From an uncultured Candidatus Saccharibacteria bacterium (lineage in GTDB: Bacteria; Patescibacteriota; Minisyncoccia; Phycocordibacterales; UBA2100), in contig CAZJEQ010000002.1 in assembly GCA_964545165.1 (NCBI GenBank), positions 37,072 to 101,071 of the forward strand: DNA of 64,000 bases, in the 5' to 3' direction. Shown here piece by piece: positions 54,892-64,000 of this stretch (position 1 is its first letter; every line of letters starts with the position of its first letter). The notes beneath the pieces were generated by a model, which was not told the DNA's origin, searched no databases, and saw only the letters and a list, made by a program, of their open reading frames with translations. Both the position numbers and the translations under genes were made by a program.

Positions 54892-57621
54892 TTATGCAGC
54901 AATTTTTGCGCGAGTGCGCATGGAGCGTTCACGCTCCGGCCCTTTGCGGACATCGAACGTGAATTCCTTTTCTCCTTCCTTCACTTCGCTTGGCTTTACA
55001 TCCACCTTGACCGAGCCACCCTCCATCACGCCACGGGCAACCATCATATTCGCGACGGCGGTGAGGATCTTGGTCTGAATGAGACGCTTGAGCGGGCGTG
55101 CACCGTACTGTGCGTTGTAGCCGTCTTTCGCGAGATGATCGATTGCCGCATCCGTAAAGGTGATCGAGATCTGTTTGTCGGCGAGGCGGTCCGACACAAT
55201 CTTGAGCTGCATCTTCACGATCTCGTGCACGCTCTCTTGCGAGAGGATGTCGAAGAGGATGATCTCATCGAGGCGGTTCAAGAATTCAGGTCGGAAGAAT
55301 TCTTTGAGCGAATCCATGACCTTGTCTTTCACCTGGTCATAGCGCTCGGTTGCGGTCTTCGAGGCGCCCGCGCCAAAGCCAAGGCTCGACATGCGGTCGA
55401 TATGCTCAGCACCAATATTCGAGGTCATGATGATGACGGAATTCTTGAAATTCACCACGCGACCCTTGGCATCGGTGAGACGTCCGTTGTCGAGGACTTG
55501 GAGGAGGATGTTGAAGACCTCGGGATGCGCCTTCTCGATTTCATCGAAGAGAATGACCGAGTACGGGCGATGACGCACAAGCTCGGTGAGACCGCCGCCC
55601 TCGTCGTGGCCCACATAGCCCGGCGGAGAGCCGATCATTTTCGAGACTGAGTGCTTCTCCATGTATTCCGACATATCCACACGAATGAGCGATTTGTCGC
55701 TGTTGAAGAGGAATTCCGCGAGCGCCTTGGTGAGCTCGGTCTTACCGACACCGGTGGGGCCGAGGAAAAGGAACGAGCCGACCGGGCGATGCGGATCGGA
55801 GATGCCGGCGCGTGAGCGCTTCACCGCATCAGCGACTTTTTGCACCGCGTCGTCTTGACCCACGATACGGCTCTTGAGTACTGCTTCCATGCGCGAGAGC
55901 TTCTCGGCCTCTTCTTCCAACATGCGCGCGACCGGCACACCGGTCCAGCGTGCGACGACACCTGCGATATCTTCTTCCGTGATTTCTTCTTTGAGGACGC
56001 GGCGCGTCTGCTGGAGCTTCTTCAAGCGCTTCGTACCTGTCTCGATTTCGCGCTCAAGTGCCGGGATTTTGCCGTAGCGGATTTCAGCGGTCTTAGTGAG
56101 ATCAGCACGCATTTCTGCTGCATCAGCATCGATTCTCGCCTGTTCCAGCTCACTCTTCGCTTCCTTGATCGTGGCAAGCGTCTCTTTTTCATTCTTCCAC
56201 TTCTGCTCGAGCTCGCGAGTCGAATCACGAAGATCCGCGACCTCCTTCTCAATCGACTTTACGCGCGTACGGGCTTTGCCGTCGCTTTCTTCAGACTCTT
56301 TCTTGAGCGCCTCCTTCTCGATTTCGAGACGGGTGATTTTGCGATGGGCTTCTTCGAGCGCTGGCGGCATATTCTCGAGGCTGAGGCGCAACGCAGAAGC
56401 CGCCTCGTCGATGAGGTCGATCGCTTTGTCTGGAAGGAATCGCTCGGTGATGTAGCGCGTGGAGAGCTGCACAGCAGAGATGATGGCACCGTCGGTGATA
56501 TGCACGCCATGGAAGAGCTCATAGCGCTCCTTGAGACCGCGCAAAATGGCCACGGTGTCATCGGCAGATGGCTCGTTGATGTAGACCGGCTGGAAGCGAC
56601 GCGTAAGCGCCGGGTCATGCTCAATGTGTTTCTGGTATTCCTTGAGCGTGGTCGCACCGATCACACGGATCTCGCCACGCGCGAGCGCGGGCTTGAGCAT
56701 ATTGGATGCATCCATCGAGCCTTCCGCGGCACCGGCGCCAACGAGTGTATGCATTTCATCAATAAAGAGAATGATCTTGCCTTCCGAGCGCTCAACCTCT
56801 TTCATGACTGCCTTGAGGCGCTCTTCGAATTCACCACGGTATTTGGTACCGGCGATGAGGAGGCCAAGGTCGAGCTGGATGAGCTCCTTACCGCGAAGCG
56901 ACTCCGGCACGTCTCCTGCAGCCAAGCGAATCGCAAGGCCTTCGGCGACGGCAGTTTTGCCCACACCTGCTTCACCGATCAAAATCGGATTGTTTTTGGT
57001 GCGACGCGACAAGATCTGGATGACGCGCGTGATTTCAGTATCACGACCGATCACCGGATCGAGCTTATTCTCGCGCGCGCGATCAGTGAGTGAGCGCGCA
57101 AAGCGCGAGAGCGCGCGCGGCTTTTTCGGCTCTTCAGGGTCACCGCGCAGACGACCTTCTTTGATATCAGTGAGCACCCGTGCGAGCGCCGTGCGATCAA
57201 TACGGAAGCGCGCGAAGATATCCGCGGCCGGGCCGGGATTCTCAGCAATACCAAGGAGGAGGTGCTCGGGAGAAACAAACTGATCATTGAATGAGGCGGA
57301 GATGCGTGGTGCCGCCTCAAAGACGCGGACCAATTCCGGTGTGAGGTACAGCTGGAAAGACGGTGAGACTGCCGTCGCACCAGAGGTGCCCTCGATGAGT
57401 TCGAGGACAGAATCCGTGAGGTGTGCGACGTCGATCTCGACCTGTTCGAGCATCGGGACGACCATGCTCTCCTCTTGCATCAGGAGCGCGGCAAAGAGGT
57501 GGAGGGTGGAGACCTGATTGTGACCTCGTTCGACCGCGAGCTGGTGCGCGCGATGGATCGCTTCTTTGGCCTTTGTTGTGTAGTTGTTGAATGGGGTCAT
57601 AGAGAATGATGAATGCGGCAT
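54892..57621 (-). CDS. clpB: Chaperone ClpB (AAA+ disaggregase)
   Basis: Clp N-domain, two AAA+ modules ([18 protein letters not shown]), long middle coiled-coil. Start Met is either 57621 or 57600. Confidence 0.9.
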   Translation of the reverse strand: MPHSSFSMTPFNNYTTKAKEAIHRAHQLAVERGHNQVSTLHLFAALLMQEESMVVPMLEQVEIDVAHLTDSVLELIEGTSGATAVSPSFQLYLTPELVRVFEAAPRISASFNDQFVSPEHLLLGIAENPGPAADIFARFRIDRTALARVLTDIKEGRLRGDPEEPKKPRALSRFARSLTDRARENKLDPVIGRDTEITRVIQILSRRTKNNPILIGEAGVGKTAVAEGLAIRLAAGDVPESLRGKELIQLDLGLLIAGTKYRGEFEERLKAVMKEVERSEGKIILFIDEMHTLVGAGAAEGSMDASNMLKPALARGEIRVIGATTLKEYQKHIEHDPALTRRFQPVYINEPSADDTVAILRGLKERYELFHGVHITDGAIISAVQLSTRYITERFLPDKAIDLIDEAASALRLSLENMPPALEEAHRKITRLEIEKEALKKESEESDGKARTRVKSIEKEVADLRDSTRELEQKWKNEKETLATIKEAKSELEQARIDADAAEMRADLTKTAEIRYGKIPALEREIETGTKRLKKLQQTRRVLKEEITEEDIAGVVARWTGVPVARMLEEEAEKLSRMEAVLKSRIVGQDDAVQKVADAVKRSRAGISDPHRPVGSFLFLGPTGVGKTELTKALAEFLFNSDKSLIRVDMSEYMEKHSVSKMIGSPPGYVGHDEGGGLTELVRHRPYSVILFDEIEKAHPEVFNILLQVLDNGRLTDAKGRVVNFKNSVIIMTSNIGAEHIDRMSSLGFGAGASKTATERYDQVKDKVMDSLKEFFRPEFLNRLDEIILFDILSQESVHEIVKMQLKIVSDRLADKQISITFTDAAIDHLAKDGYNAQYGARPLKRLIQTKILTAVANMMVARGVMEGGSVKVDVKPSEVKEGEKEFTFDVRKGPERERSMRTRAKIAA

Positions 57622-57682
57622 GCCTCCAGCGAAGCACGTGCATCCAATCTACATACAATTTATCACGAAGCACACGTCTCCG

Positions 57683-57710
57683 CAAAAAAATATCTCGGAT
57701 AGCCGAGATG
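57683..57710 (-). terminator. Rho-independent terminator of the 57731-58546 gene
   Basis: ATCTCGG-CTAT-CCGAGAT followed on the minus strand by ATTTTTTTGCGG. Confidence 0.5.
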
Positions 57711-57730
57711 TAATATCTCGACGAATGCAC

Positions 57731-58546
57731 CTATTTTTTGACGACCGGTGCGGGTGGCAAAAGCACCACCGCCGGAACAAAACCCTGCTCTGATGACGAG
57801 CGAGCAGCGCTGGTGCTTACACCGATAAGTGCTCCTTCGGTATTGACGATAGGACTTCCCTTGAGAAGCGCATCCGCAGAGATGTTGGTATCAAAAATGC
57901 GGCCGCCGCCTACCGGGATGAGCGCGGTGATAACGCCTGGCGCAATTCTGGTCGTGGTCCTACCGGAGAGCGCGACGACAGCCTGCCCGAGAACCGCCTG
58001 CGTGACAGCAACGCGCGCTGATGCATACGTAATGATCTTGTCGGCGGTAGTCGTCGCACCTTGAATGAATGCCATACCATTGTCACTATCGCGGCGTACC
58101 ACAAAGCCGCGGACACGCGTACCGTCTGGCAACACCACACTCACGTCAGAGCGCTCACCGAGCGGCTCTGCATCAGTGACGATGATACCAGCGCTGTCGA
58201 TAACAACACCAATAGCGAGAAGGGTTGGATTTTCCTCACGCGAGGTGTAGAGGCGAACAATAGAGGGCTCGATTTTGGTGACGGCACCTGAGATGAGCTC
58301 GCTCTCATTGATGACCACCGTTTTCTCGCGCGTGATCACGCTCGCCGCTGCTTGTGCTTTTGCGGGCGTTGAGGAGGCGACGGTCTCAATAGTGCGCTCG
58401 ATGACGCGGTTGACCGTCTGCGCAATGACCGGTGGTGCTTGGTCCATCAAAGAAACGGTGACGATGCCGGTCGCGATTGACGTCACAAAGGAAATCAAGA
58501 GGGTGAGGAGCACAATCTGGGATTTTGAGAGGTGCTCGATGTCCAT
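57731..58546 (-). CDS. Membrane-anchored trypsin-like (HtrA/S1C-like) domain protein, catalytic His apparently lost
   Basis: N-terminal TM; protease-fold blocks (IVRLY, VVLPDG, LKGSPIVN, GALIGV) but no TNxHV His block (VTDAEPL instead). Confidence 0.5.
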   Translation of the reverse strand: MDIEHLSKSQIVLLTLLISFVTSIATGIVTVSLMDQAPPVIAQTVNRVIERTIETVASSTPAKAQAAASVITREKTVVINESELISGAVTKIEPSIVRLYTSREENPTLLAIGVVIDSAGIIVTDAEPLGERSDVSVVLPDGTRVRGFVVRRDSDNGMAFIQGATTTADKIITYASARVAVTQAVLGQAVVALSGRTTTRIAPGVITALIPVGGGRIFDTNISADALLKGSPIVNTEGALIGVSTSAARSSSEQGFVPAVVLLPPAPVVKK

Positions 58547-58558
58547 GTCGGCACTATA

Positions 58559-59749
58559 TCACCTCGCCTGTGCCCGCAAGATACGCGAGAGCGTGGTGAC
58601 AAACCGCGCGAGATCGGAGGCGCTCGTCTCCCGACCCAGCGAGATGCGGAGTGTCTGTGCAGCGCGCCATTCATCACCCCCAAGTGCCGCAACTACGTGC
58701 GAGCGGCTCTCCTCCCCCTCGCGACAGGCGCTTTTGGTCGAGAGTGCGAAGCCCTGATGATCGAGTGCGAGCGTCAGGTACTCACTGGAGATACCGGGAA
58801 TGGAAATATTGAGCATGTGCGGAAGCGCATGCTTCGGATCGCCGTTGACCACCACTTCAGGCACTGCAACAGAAATCTCTTGCGCCACGTTGTCGCGCAG
58901 CTCCTTGAGGCGTCGCGCCTCATCCTCGCGCTCAGCGACGACGCGATCGCATGCAGCAGCAAATCCTGCCGCGAGTGCGACGTTTTCCGTACCCGCACGC
59001 AATCCGCGCTCCTGCGGACCGCCGAAGATGAGTGACGCGAGTGTCGCGCGATGCGATTGATAGAGCGCGCCGATGCCATGGGGCCCATACAATTTATTAG
59101 ACCCGAGCGACAGAAGATCGACTCCGAGGGAATGGATCGTGCTCGCGAGATAGAGCGGTGCCTGCCCTGCATCACTATGAAAAAGAACCTCACTCCCCTG
59201 TGCCGTCTCGTGCGCGCGCAGCACTGCCGCAATCTCGCGCAATGACTGCACCGTGCCGATCTCGTTGTTGGCCCAGCCGACGGAGACGAAGACGGTCTCC
59301 TTCTTAAGTGCCGCCGCGATCTTCTCTGGCGTGATCAATCCGCGCTGATCCGGCTCCACAAACGTGATACTCCCACCCATGCGCTCCACTTCGCCAAAGG
59401 CGGCGAGCACCGATGAGTGTTCGATGGCACTGACGACCCAGTGTGTCTCAGCAAGCGTCCGGCGCGTGCGCTCAAGGAAACGTGCTCGGCCGCTGATGGC
59501 AAGATTGTTGGCTTCGGTAAGGCCCGAGGTAAAGATGATTTCGCGGGTCTTTACGCCACACATGCGTGCGACCCGCTCACGCGCCTGCTCCAGCGCCTTT
59601 TTCGCAGCCACGGCTTCCTGATGAATAGCACCGGGATTGCCGACTAGGCGCGACGCATCGCGCATCGCTGCCTCCGCCTCGGCGCACACAGGCGGCGCAC
59701 TCGCATAATCGAGATAGACGCGCTTCTTATATGCAAAGAGTTCAAACAT
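58559..59749 (-). CDS. Cysteine desulfurase (NifS/IscS-like class V aminotransferase)
   Basis: YLDYASA, TSGLTEANN, PLP-Lys in SLGSNKLYGPHG, active-site Cys loop STKSACREGEES. Confidence 0.85.
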   Translation of the reverse strand: MFELFAYKKRVYLDYASAPPVCAEAEAAMRDASRLVGNPGAIHQEAVAAKKALEQARERVARMCGVKTREIIFTSGLTEANNLAISGRARFLERTRRTLAETHWVVSAIEHSSVLAAFGEVERMGGSITFVEPDQRGLITPEKIAAALKKETVFVSVGWANNEIGTVQSLREIAAVLRAHETAQGSEVLFHSDAGQAPLYLASTIHSLGVDLLSLGSNKLYGPHGIGALYQSHRATLASLIFGGPQERGLRAGTENVALAAGFAAACDRVVAEREDEARRLKELRDNVAQEISVAVPEVVVNGDPKHALPHMLNISIPGISSEYLTLALDHQGFALSTKSACREGEESRSHVVAALGGDEWRAAQTLRISLGRETSASDLARFVTTLSRILRAQAR

Positions 59750-59862
59750 CGCCTGATTGTAGTTTTTTAATGCTGCTTTGTCATTTGCTGTTTTGACTTT
59801 TGATTTTTGCGTTGTCTGCGCGTATACTCTCCACATCTTGGATATGATCTCCCAGACCCGCT

Positions 59863-61356
59863 ATGGCACAGAAACCCACACCATCTATAGAGCGTCCGCC
59901 CGTCGTGGTGGTCATGGGACACGTCGATCACGGTAAGTCCACGCTCCTCGATTTCATTCGTAAATCCAACGTCGTCGCGGGCGAAGCCGGCGGCATCACG
60001 CAGCACGTCGCGGCGTACGAGGTCTCGCACAAAGACAAACGAATCACCTTCATCGACACACCGGGACACGCGGCCTTCTCCACCATTCGCGCACGCGGCG
60101 CAAATATCGCCGATATCGCGATCCTCGTTGTCGCGGCAGACGACGGCGTCAAGGCACAGACGCTCGAAGCGCTTGCCCAAATTCGTGAAGCCAAGATCCC
60201 CTTCCTCGTAGCATTCAACAAAGTAGATAAGCCGAATGCTGATCTCGGCAATGCACAACGAATGATGCTCGATCAGGAGGTCTTCCTCGAGAAATTTGGC
60301 GGCGACGTGCCCTGGGCGGCAATCTCAGCAAAAACTGGCCAGGGTGTCGATGAGCTCCTGGACCTCATTCTCCTCGTGGCAGAAATCCAGGACTACAAAG
60401 CAGATCCCGAAGCGCCGGCAGAAGGCTTTATCATCGAAACCCACCGTGATCAGAAGCGCGGTCTCGCAGCAACACTCATTATCATGAATGGCACCCTCAA
60501 AAGTGGTGCCGCAGTGCTCGCGGGTAAGGCGATCGCGCCCGTGCGCATCATGGAAAATCATCTCGGCAAATCAATCAAAGAGGCCACCTTCTCGACCCCC
60601 GTCACGCTCGTCGGATTTGATGAGATGCCGGAAGTCGGTGCGACATTTCATATGTACAACAAACGTGATGCCGAGCAGGCACGCGCCAAATTTGTCGCGG
60701 AGCAGCCGAAGAAAGCTGACACCCTGCGTGTCGAGGGTGAAGCTGAGAAATTCTACCTCCCCATCATCGTTCGCGCGGATACCACTGGCTCTCTCGAGGC
60801 GATCTTGCAAGAAACCGCGCGCCTCGGCGATGACTTCTCGCGTATCACCATCGTACAGAGCGGCGTCGGCGCCGTTTCTGAAGGCGACGTCAAAACGGCA
60901 CTCTCGGGCACCATCCCCGGCGTCGTGATCGGTTTCAACGTCGGCATTGATTCGCAGGCAGATACCCTCGCTCGTCGCGATGGCATCAAGATTCACACCT
61001 TCAATATCATCTACAAACTGACGGAGGAGCTCACCGAAATCTTGCAGACCACGCGCCCCAAGCGCACCGTCGAAGATGTCGTCGGCCGCGCCAAAGTGCT
61101 CAAACAGTTCTCGAGCAGAAAGACCGAGCACGTGATTGGTGCGAAAGTACAAGAGGGTTATATGGAGACCAATGGATCAGTGCGCATCATGCGCCGCGGC
61201 ACCTTTGTTGGGAACGGCACCTTCCACAATATCCAGGCCAACAAGACGAATGTCTCGCGCGTGGAGGAAGGCACGGAATTCGGCGCGCAGATCGAAGCAC
61301 CCCATGAGATCGCTCTGGGCGACACATTAGAATGCTTTACCACCCGCGTAGAATAA
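59863..61356 (+). CDS. infB: Translation initiation factor IF-2, short form (G-domain onward)
   Basis: VVVMGHVDHGKSTLLD, DTPGHAAF, NKVDK; domains II-IV. Confidence 0.9.
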   Translation: MAQKPTPSIERPPVVVVMGHVDHGKSTLLDFIRKSNVVAGEAGGITQHVAAYEVSHKDKRITFIDTPGHAAFSTIRARGANIADIAILVVAADDGVKAQTLEALAQIREAKIPFLVAFNKVDKPNADLGNAQRMMLDQEVFLEKFGGDVPWAAISAKTGQGVDELLDLILLVAEIQDYKADPEAPAEGFIIETHRDQKRGLAATLIIMNGTLKSGAAVLAGKAIAPVRIMENHLGKSIKEATFSTPVTLVGFDEMPEVGATFHMYNKRDAEQARAKFVAEQPKKADTLRVEGEAEKFYLPIIVRADTTGSLEAILQETARLGDDFSRITIVQSGVGAVSEGDVKTALSGTIPGVVIGFNVGIDSQADTLARRDGIKIHTFNIIYKLTEELTEILQTTRPKRTVEDVVGRAKVLKQFSSRKTEHVIGAKVQEGYMETNGSVRIMRRGTFVGNGTFHNIQANKTNVSRVEEGTEFGAQIEAPHEIALGDTLECFTTRVE

Positions 61357-61358
61357 TT

Positions 61359-61682
61359 ATGCCGAGCAAACGACAAATCCAGGTAGCAGAGACGATGGCA
61401 CACCGCGCGGCGGATTATTTCGCACGCGAGTCGAATCGCGAGTCGCTCATCACGGTGACGCGTGCCGATGTCTCCCCTGACCTCAAAAATGTGAAGATCT
61501 ACTTCACCGTCATGCCCGAGAAATTTGAACAAGCGGCCCTCAATTTCGCGAAGCGCAATCGCACCGATTTCCGCAACTACATCAAAAAAGCCGCGGCACT
61601 TCCGCGCCTGCCCCAGATCGATTTCGTCATCGACGACGGCGAGAAAAACCGCCAGCGCATCGACGATCTCACCCGCTCATAG
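61359..61682 (+). CDS. rbfA: Ribosome-binding factor A
   Basis: KH-like RbfA fold, directly after infB (conserved synteny). Confidence 0.85.
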   Translation: MPSKRQIQVAETMAHRAADYFARESNRESLITVTRADVSPDLKNVKIYFTVMPEKFEQAALNFAKRNRTDFRNYIKKAAALPRLPQIDFVIDDGEKNRQRIDDLTRS

Positions 61683-61747
61683 CACGGCACGCGTCTCATT
61701 GGACCCTGTGCGCTCCTGTGATACAACGGCGCGAGCGGAGGTAACAC

Positions 61748-62242
61748 ATGACTAAGACACATAAGCGCGGCTGCGGTAGCTGCACGCTCTGCTGCTACAC
61801 GCACGGAGTGAGCACGTCGGTACGAAAGCTGAAGAATGAGCAGGAATGGTGCAAACACTGTCGTGTGGGAGTCGGGTGCGCGACATACGACGCGCGGCCC
61901 ATCGCCTGCCTCGACTTCGCCTGCGCCTGGCTCGAAGACGCTGAGGCTGGCTGGGAGCGACCGGACACGCGGAATTTCGTGCCCGAATGGGTGTCGGTTT
62001 CGGACCTCGGTCGCGTATTGCGCCTGGTTGCGGCCGCGCCCGACGTGCTCGACACGCCGTATGCGATTGCAAGGGCGATTCAGTACGCGAACGTCTATTG
62101 CCCGGTGCTGCTCTGTCACATCGGCAAACGGGGCGAGGCATGCTTGCACGAGACATTCCCGCTCACGGATCATGCGCGAGGGATGCTCTTCCTGTGGGAC
62201 TTTGCGATCATTACTCCCCAGATCTTGGAGGAGCGACTATGA
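61748..62242 (+). CDS. YkgJ-family Cys-cluster (putative Zn/Fe-chelating) protein
   Basis: CGSCTLCC ... CKHCRVGVGC ... C...C pattern. Confidence 0.6.
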   Translation: MTKTHKRGCGSCTLCCYTHGVSTSVRKLKNEQEWCKHCRVGVGCATYDARPIACLDFACAWLEDAEAGWERPDTRNFVPEWVSVSDLGRVLRLVAAAPDVLDTPYAIARAIQYANVYCPVLLCHIGKRGEACLHETFPLTDHARGMLFLWDFAIITPQILEERL

Positions 62243-62731
62243 GCCCCGCGTGCCGGGGCTCATCTCTTTTTTAGGAAAATATCGTTTTAATATGTCCGCG
62301 TACGGCTGCTTTTCTTCAGCCGTCGGCCAGAAGGTATCTTGATGATTGAGGTAGAGATTGTCCCTTTCGTATCGTGGAAAGACGTGTAGGTGGTAGTGCC
62401 ACACATCTTGATTGCCCGCTGGCTCGTTGTGTTGCCTCGTCGAAATACCGTCGCACTGATACGCCTCTTTTAGAGCGACGGCGATTTTCTTGGATATATC
62501 AAATATCGCATGACCTATTGCCTCAGGCATGTCGTAGAGATTCTCGACATGCTGATTCGGCATGATGATCACGTGCCCCGGATTTGATCGCCACCATTTG
62601 CCCGCGACGAATGCTGTTGCGATCTCGTCGCGATAAATAACATCGTCTTCCTGACTCCCTTTATCGGTCGGTTTCCCAGCAGCGATCAAGCAGAGCGGAC
62701 ACGTATACCCTGCTGGTTCGTGATTGTACAT
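62237..62731 (-). CDS. HIT family hydrolase
   Basis: Histidine triad HYHLHVFPR; start at the ATG at 62731 (the track ORF uses an upstream GTG that would overlap tRNA-Lys). Confidence 0.8.
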   Translation of the reverse strand: MYNHEPAGYTCPLCLIAAGKPTDKGSQEDDVIYRDEIATAFVAGKWWRSNPGHVIIMPNQHVENLYDMPEAIGHAIFDISKKIAVALKEAYQCDGISTRQHNEPAGNQDVWHYHLHVFPRYERDNLYLNHQDTFWPTAEEKQPYADILKRYFPKKEMSPGTRGS

Positions 62732-62732
62732 T

Positions 62733-62808
62733 TGGTGCACCCAGTAGGATTCGAACCTACGACCGTCTCGTTAAGAGCGAGCTGCTCTACCAACTGAGCT
62801 ATGGATGC
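62733..62808 (-). tRNA. tRNA-Lys (anticodon CTT), CCA encoded
   Basis: Manual fold: acceptor GCATCCA/TGGGTGC, D-stem GCTC/GAGC, anticodon loop CTCTTAA, T-arm GTAGG-TTCGAAT-CCTAC. Confidence 0.8.
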
Positions 62809-62848
62809 GTACACAGGATTGTACACAAAATAATGAGTTTTGAAATAC

Positions 62849-62935
62849 TGGTACCGGGAGTGGGACTCGAACCCACACGGCTGTTTAGGCCTGGGGATTT
62901 TAAGTCCCCTATGTCTACCATTCCATCACCCCGGC
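62849..62935 (-). tRNA. tRNA-Leu (anticodon TAA), type II, CCA encoded
   Basis: Manual fold: anticodon stem GGGGA/TCCCC loop CTTAAAA, long variable arm, T-arm GTGGG-TTCGAGT-CCCAC; acceptor has two GU pairs (5' boundary plus or minus 1). Confidence 0.75.
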
Positions 62936-62993
62936 GACCCGAATATAGTACGTCAATTTGTGCTACATTACATCCGTTAGCTGCGTAAGAGAT

Positions 62994-63065
62994 GGCCACA
63001 TGGCGAAGTAGCAACGCGGCGGTCTGCAAAACCGCTATGGGTGGGTGCAACTCCCACTGTGGCCT
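62994..63065 (+). tRNA. tRNA-Cys (anticodon GCA)
   Basis: Manual fold: acceptor GGCCACA/TGTGGCC, anticodon stem GCGGT/ACCGC loop CTGCAAA, T-arm TGGGT? region GTGGG-TGCAACT-CCCAC, discriminator T. Confidence 0.8.
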
Positions 63066-63095
63066 CAAACAAAAAGAGTGTATCCTTCAGACATC

Positions 63096-63180
63096 GGGCA
63101 GGTGGCGAAATTGGTAGACGCACTAGCCTTAGGAGCTAGCCTCGCAAGAGATGGGAGTTCGAGTCTCCCCCTGCCCACCA
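63096..63180 (+). tRNA. tRNA-Leu (anticodon TAG), type II, CCA encoded
   Basis: Manual fold: acceptor GGGCAGG/CCTGCCC, anticodon stem CTAGC/GCTAG loop CTTAGGA, variable arm, T-arm GGGAG-TTCGAGT-CTCCC. Confidence 0.8.
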
Positions 63181-63183
63181 ACG

Positions 63184-63212
63184 AAAAGTCCGGGGAATCC
63201 CCGGACTTTTCG
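63184..63212. terminator. Bidirectional rho-independent terminator
   Basis: AAAAGTCCGGGG-AA-TCCCCGGACTTTT perfect hairpin. Confidence 0.65.
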
Positions 63213-63213
63213 T

Positions 63214-63543
63214 TTACCGTATCAAGAAATCTGGGGGCGGTCCGATGCCGTCAGCACGGCGCACGTCGGTCGAGGCCCCTCCTCCTGGAGAGAGAGCGCC
63301 GAAGCCAAACGTCTCATCGATCAATTTGATAATGCCGTACACGGATATCATGATGAGCATGCCGATCAGCCCATACACCATGTGGGCCTTCCCTTTCGAA
63401 GACGCTTCGCCTGAATTCAGATTCCACATGAATTCAAGCAACCCATACATAAACACCGCAAACCCCGCGGCGAATACGAGCAGTATCGCGGGGTTTACGA
63501 CGTACGTTACGAGTTTACCGAGCAACGTCGTGGCGGCGTCCAT
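63214..63543 (-). CDS. Small two-TM membrane protein, T4SS-pilin-like architecture without a cleavable signal
   Basis: Two hydrophobic helices with short loop and Gly/Pro-rich tail. Confidence 0.45.
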   Translation of the reverse strand: MDAATTLLGKLVTYVVNPAILLVFAAGFAVFMYGLLEFMWNLNSGEASSKGKAHMVYGLIGMLIMISVYGIIKLIDETFGFGALSPGGGASTDVRRADGIGPPPDFLIR

Positions 63544-63559
63544 ATATTAGCCGCGTGCG

Positions 63560-63931
63560 CTAAATGGTGGTCGGGTAGATGCCTTTCGGAGTGAGTGCAG
63601 ACTGGTTGGAATCAACACCGACGGTCGACTGGAGGATGCGGATCAAGCCCCAGATCGAGACCATCACGAAAATGGCGATGATGCCCCAGATCATGGTCTG
63701 GAGACCCTTGTGCTTCTGCTCGTCGACGTTGACGAGGTACTGAATGAGACCCCAGAAGAAGACGATGACCGCGATAAGGACGAAGAGCGCCACCATGGCA
63801 TTGAGAATTCTCGTCGCGAGGACGATGAGATTGAAAATACCCTGCGAACTCTGAGTCTGTGCCAATGCGAGTGCAGGCACGAAAAGCGACCCTGCTGCGA
63901 GAGCTGAAATACCGGTAATTCGTGCACGCAT
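63560..63931 (-). CDS. T4SS-pilin-like (TrbC/VirB2-type) small secreted two-TM protein
   Basis: Signal peptide MRARITGISALAAGSLFVPALALAQ then two TM helices with a short charged loop. Confidence 0.5.
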   Translation of the reverse strand: MRARITGISALAAGSLFVPALALAQTQSSQGIFNLIVLATRILNAMVALFVLIAVIVFFWGLIQYLVNVDEQKHKGLQTMIWGIIAIFVMVSIWGLIRILQSTVGVDSNQSALTPKGIYPTTI

Positions 63932-64000
63932 AGTTACGTTGAGAATTTATTAAGTAGTCCCTCTATGGTAGCTCAGAGGGCTGGAATCACAACACGCACC

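Noticed and set aside
55840-57093. 417-aa plus-strand ORF inside clpB
   Set aside because: Antisense of a strongly conserved AAA+ gene; Arg/Leu/Phe low-complexity.
1-64000. CRISPR arrays, rRNA genes, integrase/transposase or restriction-modification genes
   Set aside because: None found: no regularly spaced direct repeats with unique spacers, no rRNA-like conserved blocks, and no ORFs with recombinase, transposase or methyltransferase motifs in this window.

Overview
High-GC (~60%), gene-dense bacterial chromosome segment with a Patescibacteria/CPR-like gene complement. infB, dnaX and rel are short versions. pyrB, purF and folB sit alone, away from other pathway genes. There are many small secreted or membrane proteins, a sortase, and T4SS-pilin-like two-TM proteins. 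Housekeeping genes include pepN, obg, truB, engB, serS, dprA, topA, parB, miaA, clpB, infB-rbfA and rpmG. Eight tRNAs are present: Gln, Leu-CAA, Trp, Tyr, Lys, Leu-TAA, Cys and Leu-TAG. No CRISPR array, rRNA, integrase or transposase was seen. The features most worth a second look are: (1) a ~1.8 kb low-GC islet next to tRNA-Gln encoding a VOC protein, a cytoplasmic trypsin-like protease and a DUF1801 protein; (2) a small family of ~80-nt dual-hairpin intergenic repeats whose palindromes are kept by compensatory substitutions; (3) a tRNA-Leu locus flanked by partial duplicates of its own ends; (4) a heptamer-repeat array in the serS/dprA divergent promoter; (5) a Zur-box-like palindrome in the zur-zupT promoter; (6) a cluster of T4SS-pilin-like genes with a peptidoglycan-binding sortase; and (7) several small ORFs missed by the length-thresholded track: an lmo0937-family 49-aa membrane protein, a 54-aa Cys4 ORF, and a partial RND pump at the window edge. 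All calls rest on reading the sequence and recalled family motifs; no database search was run.
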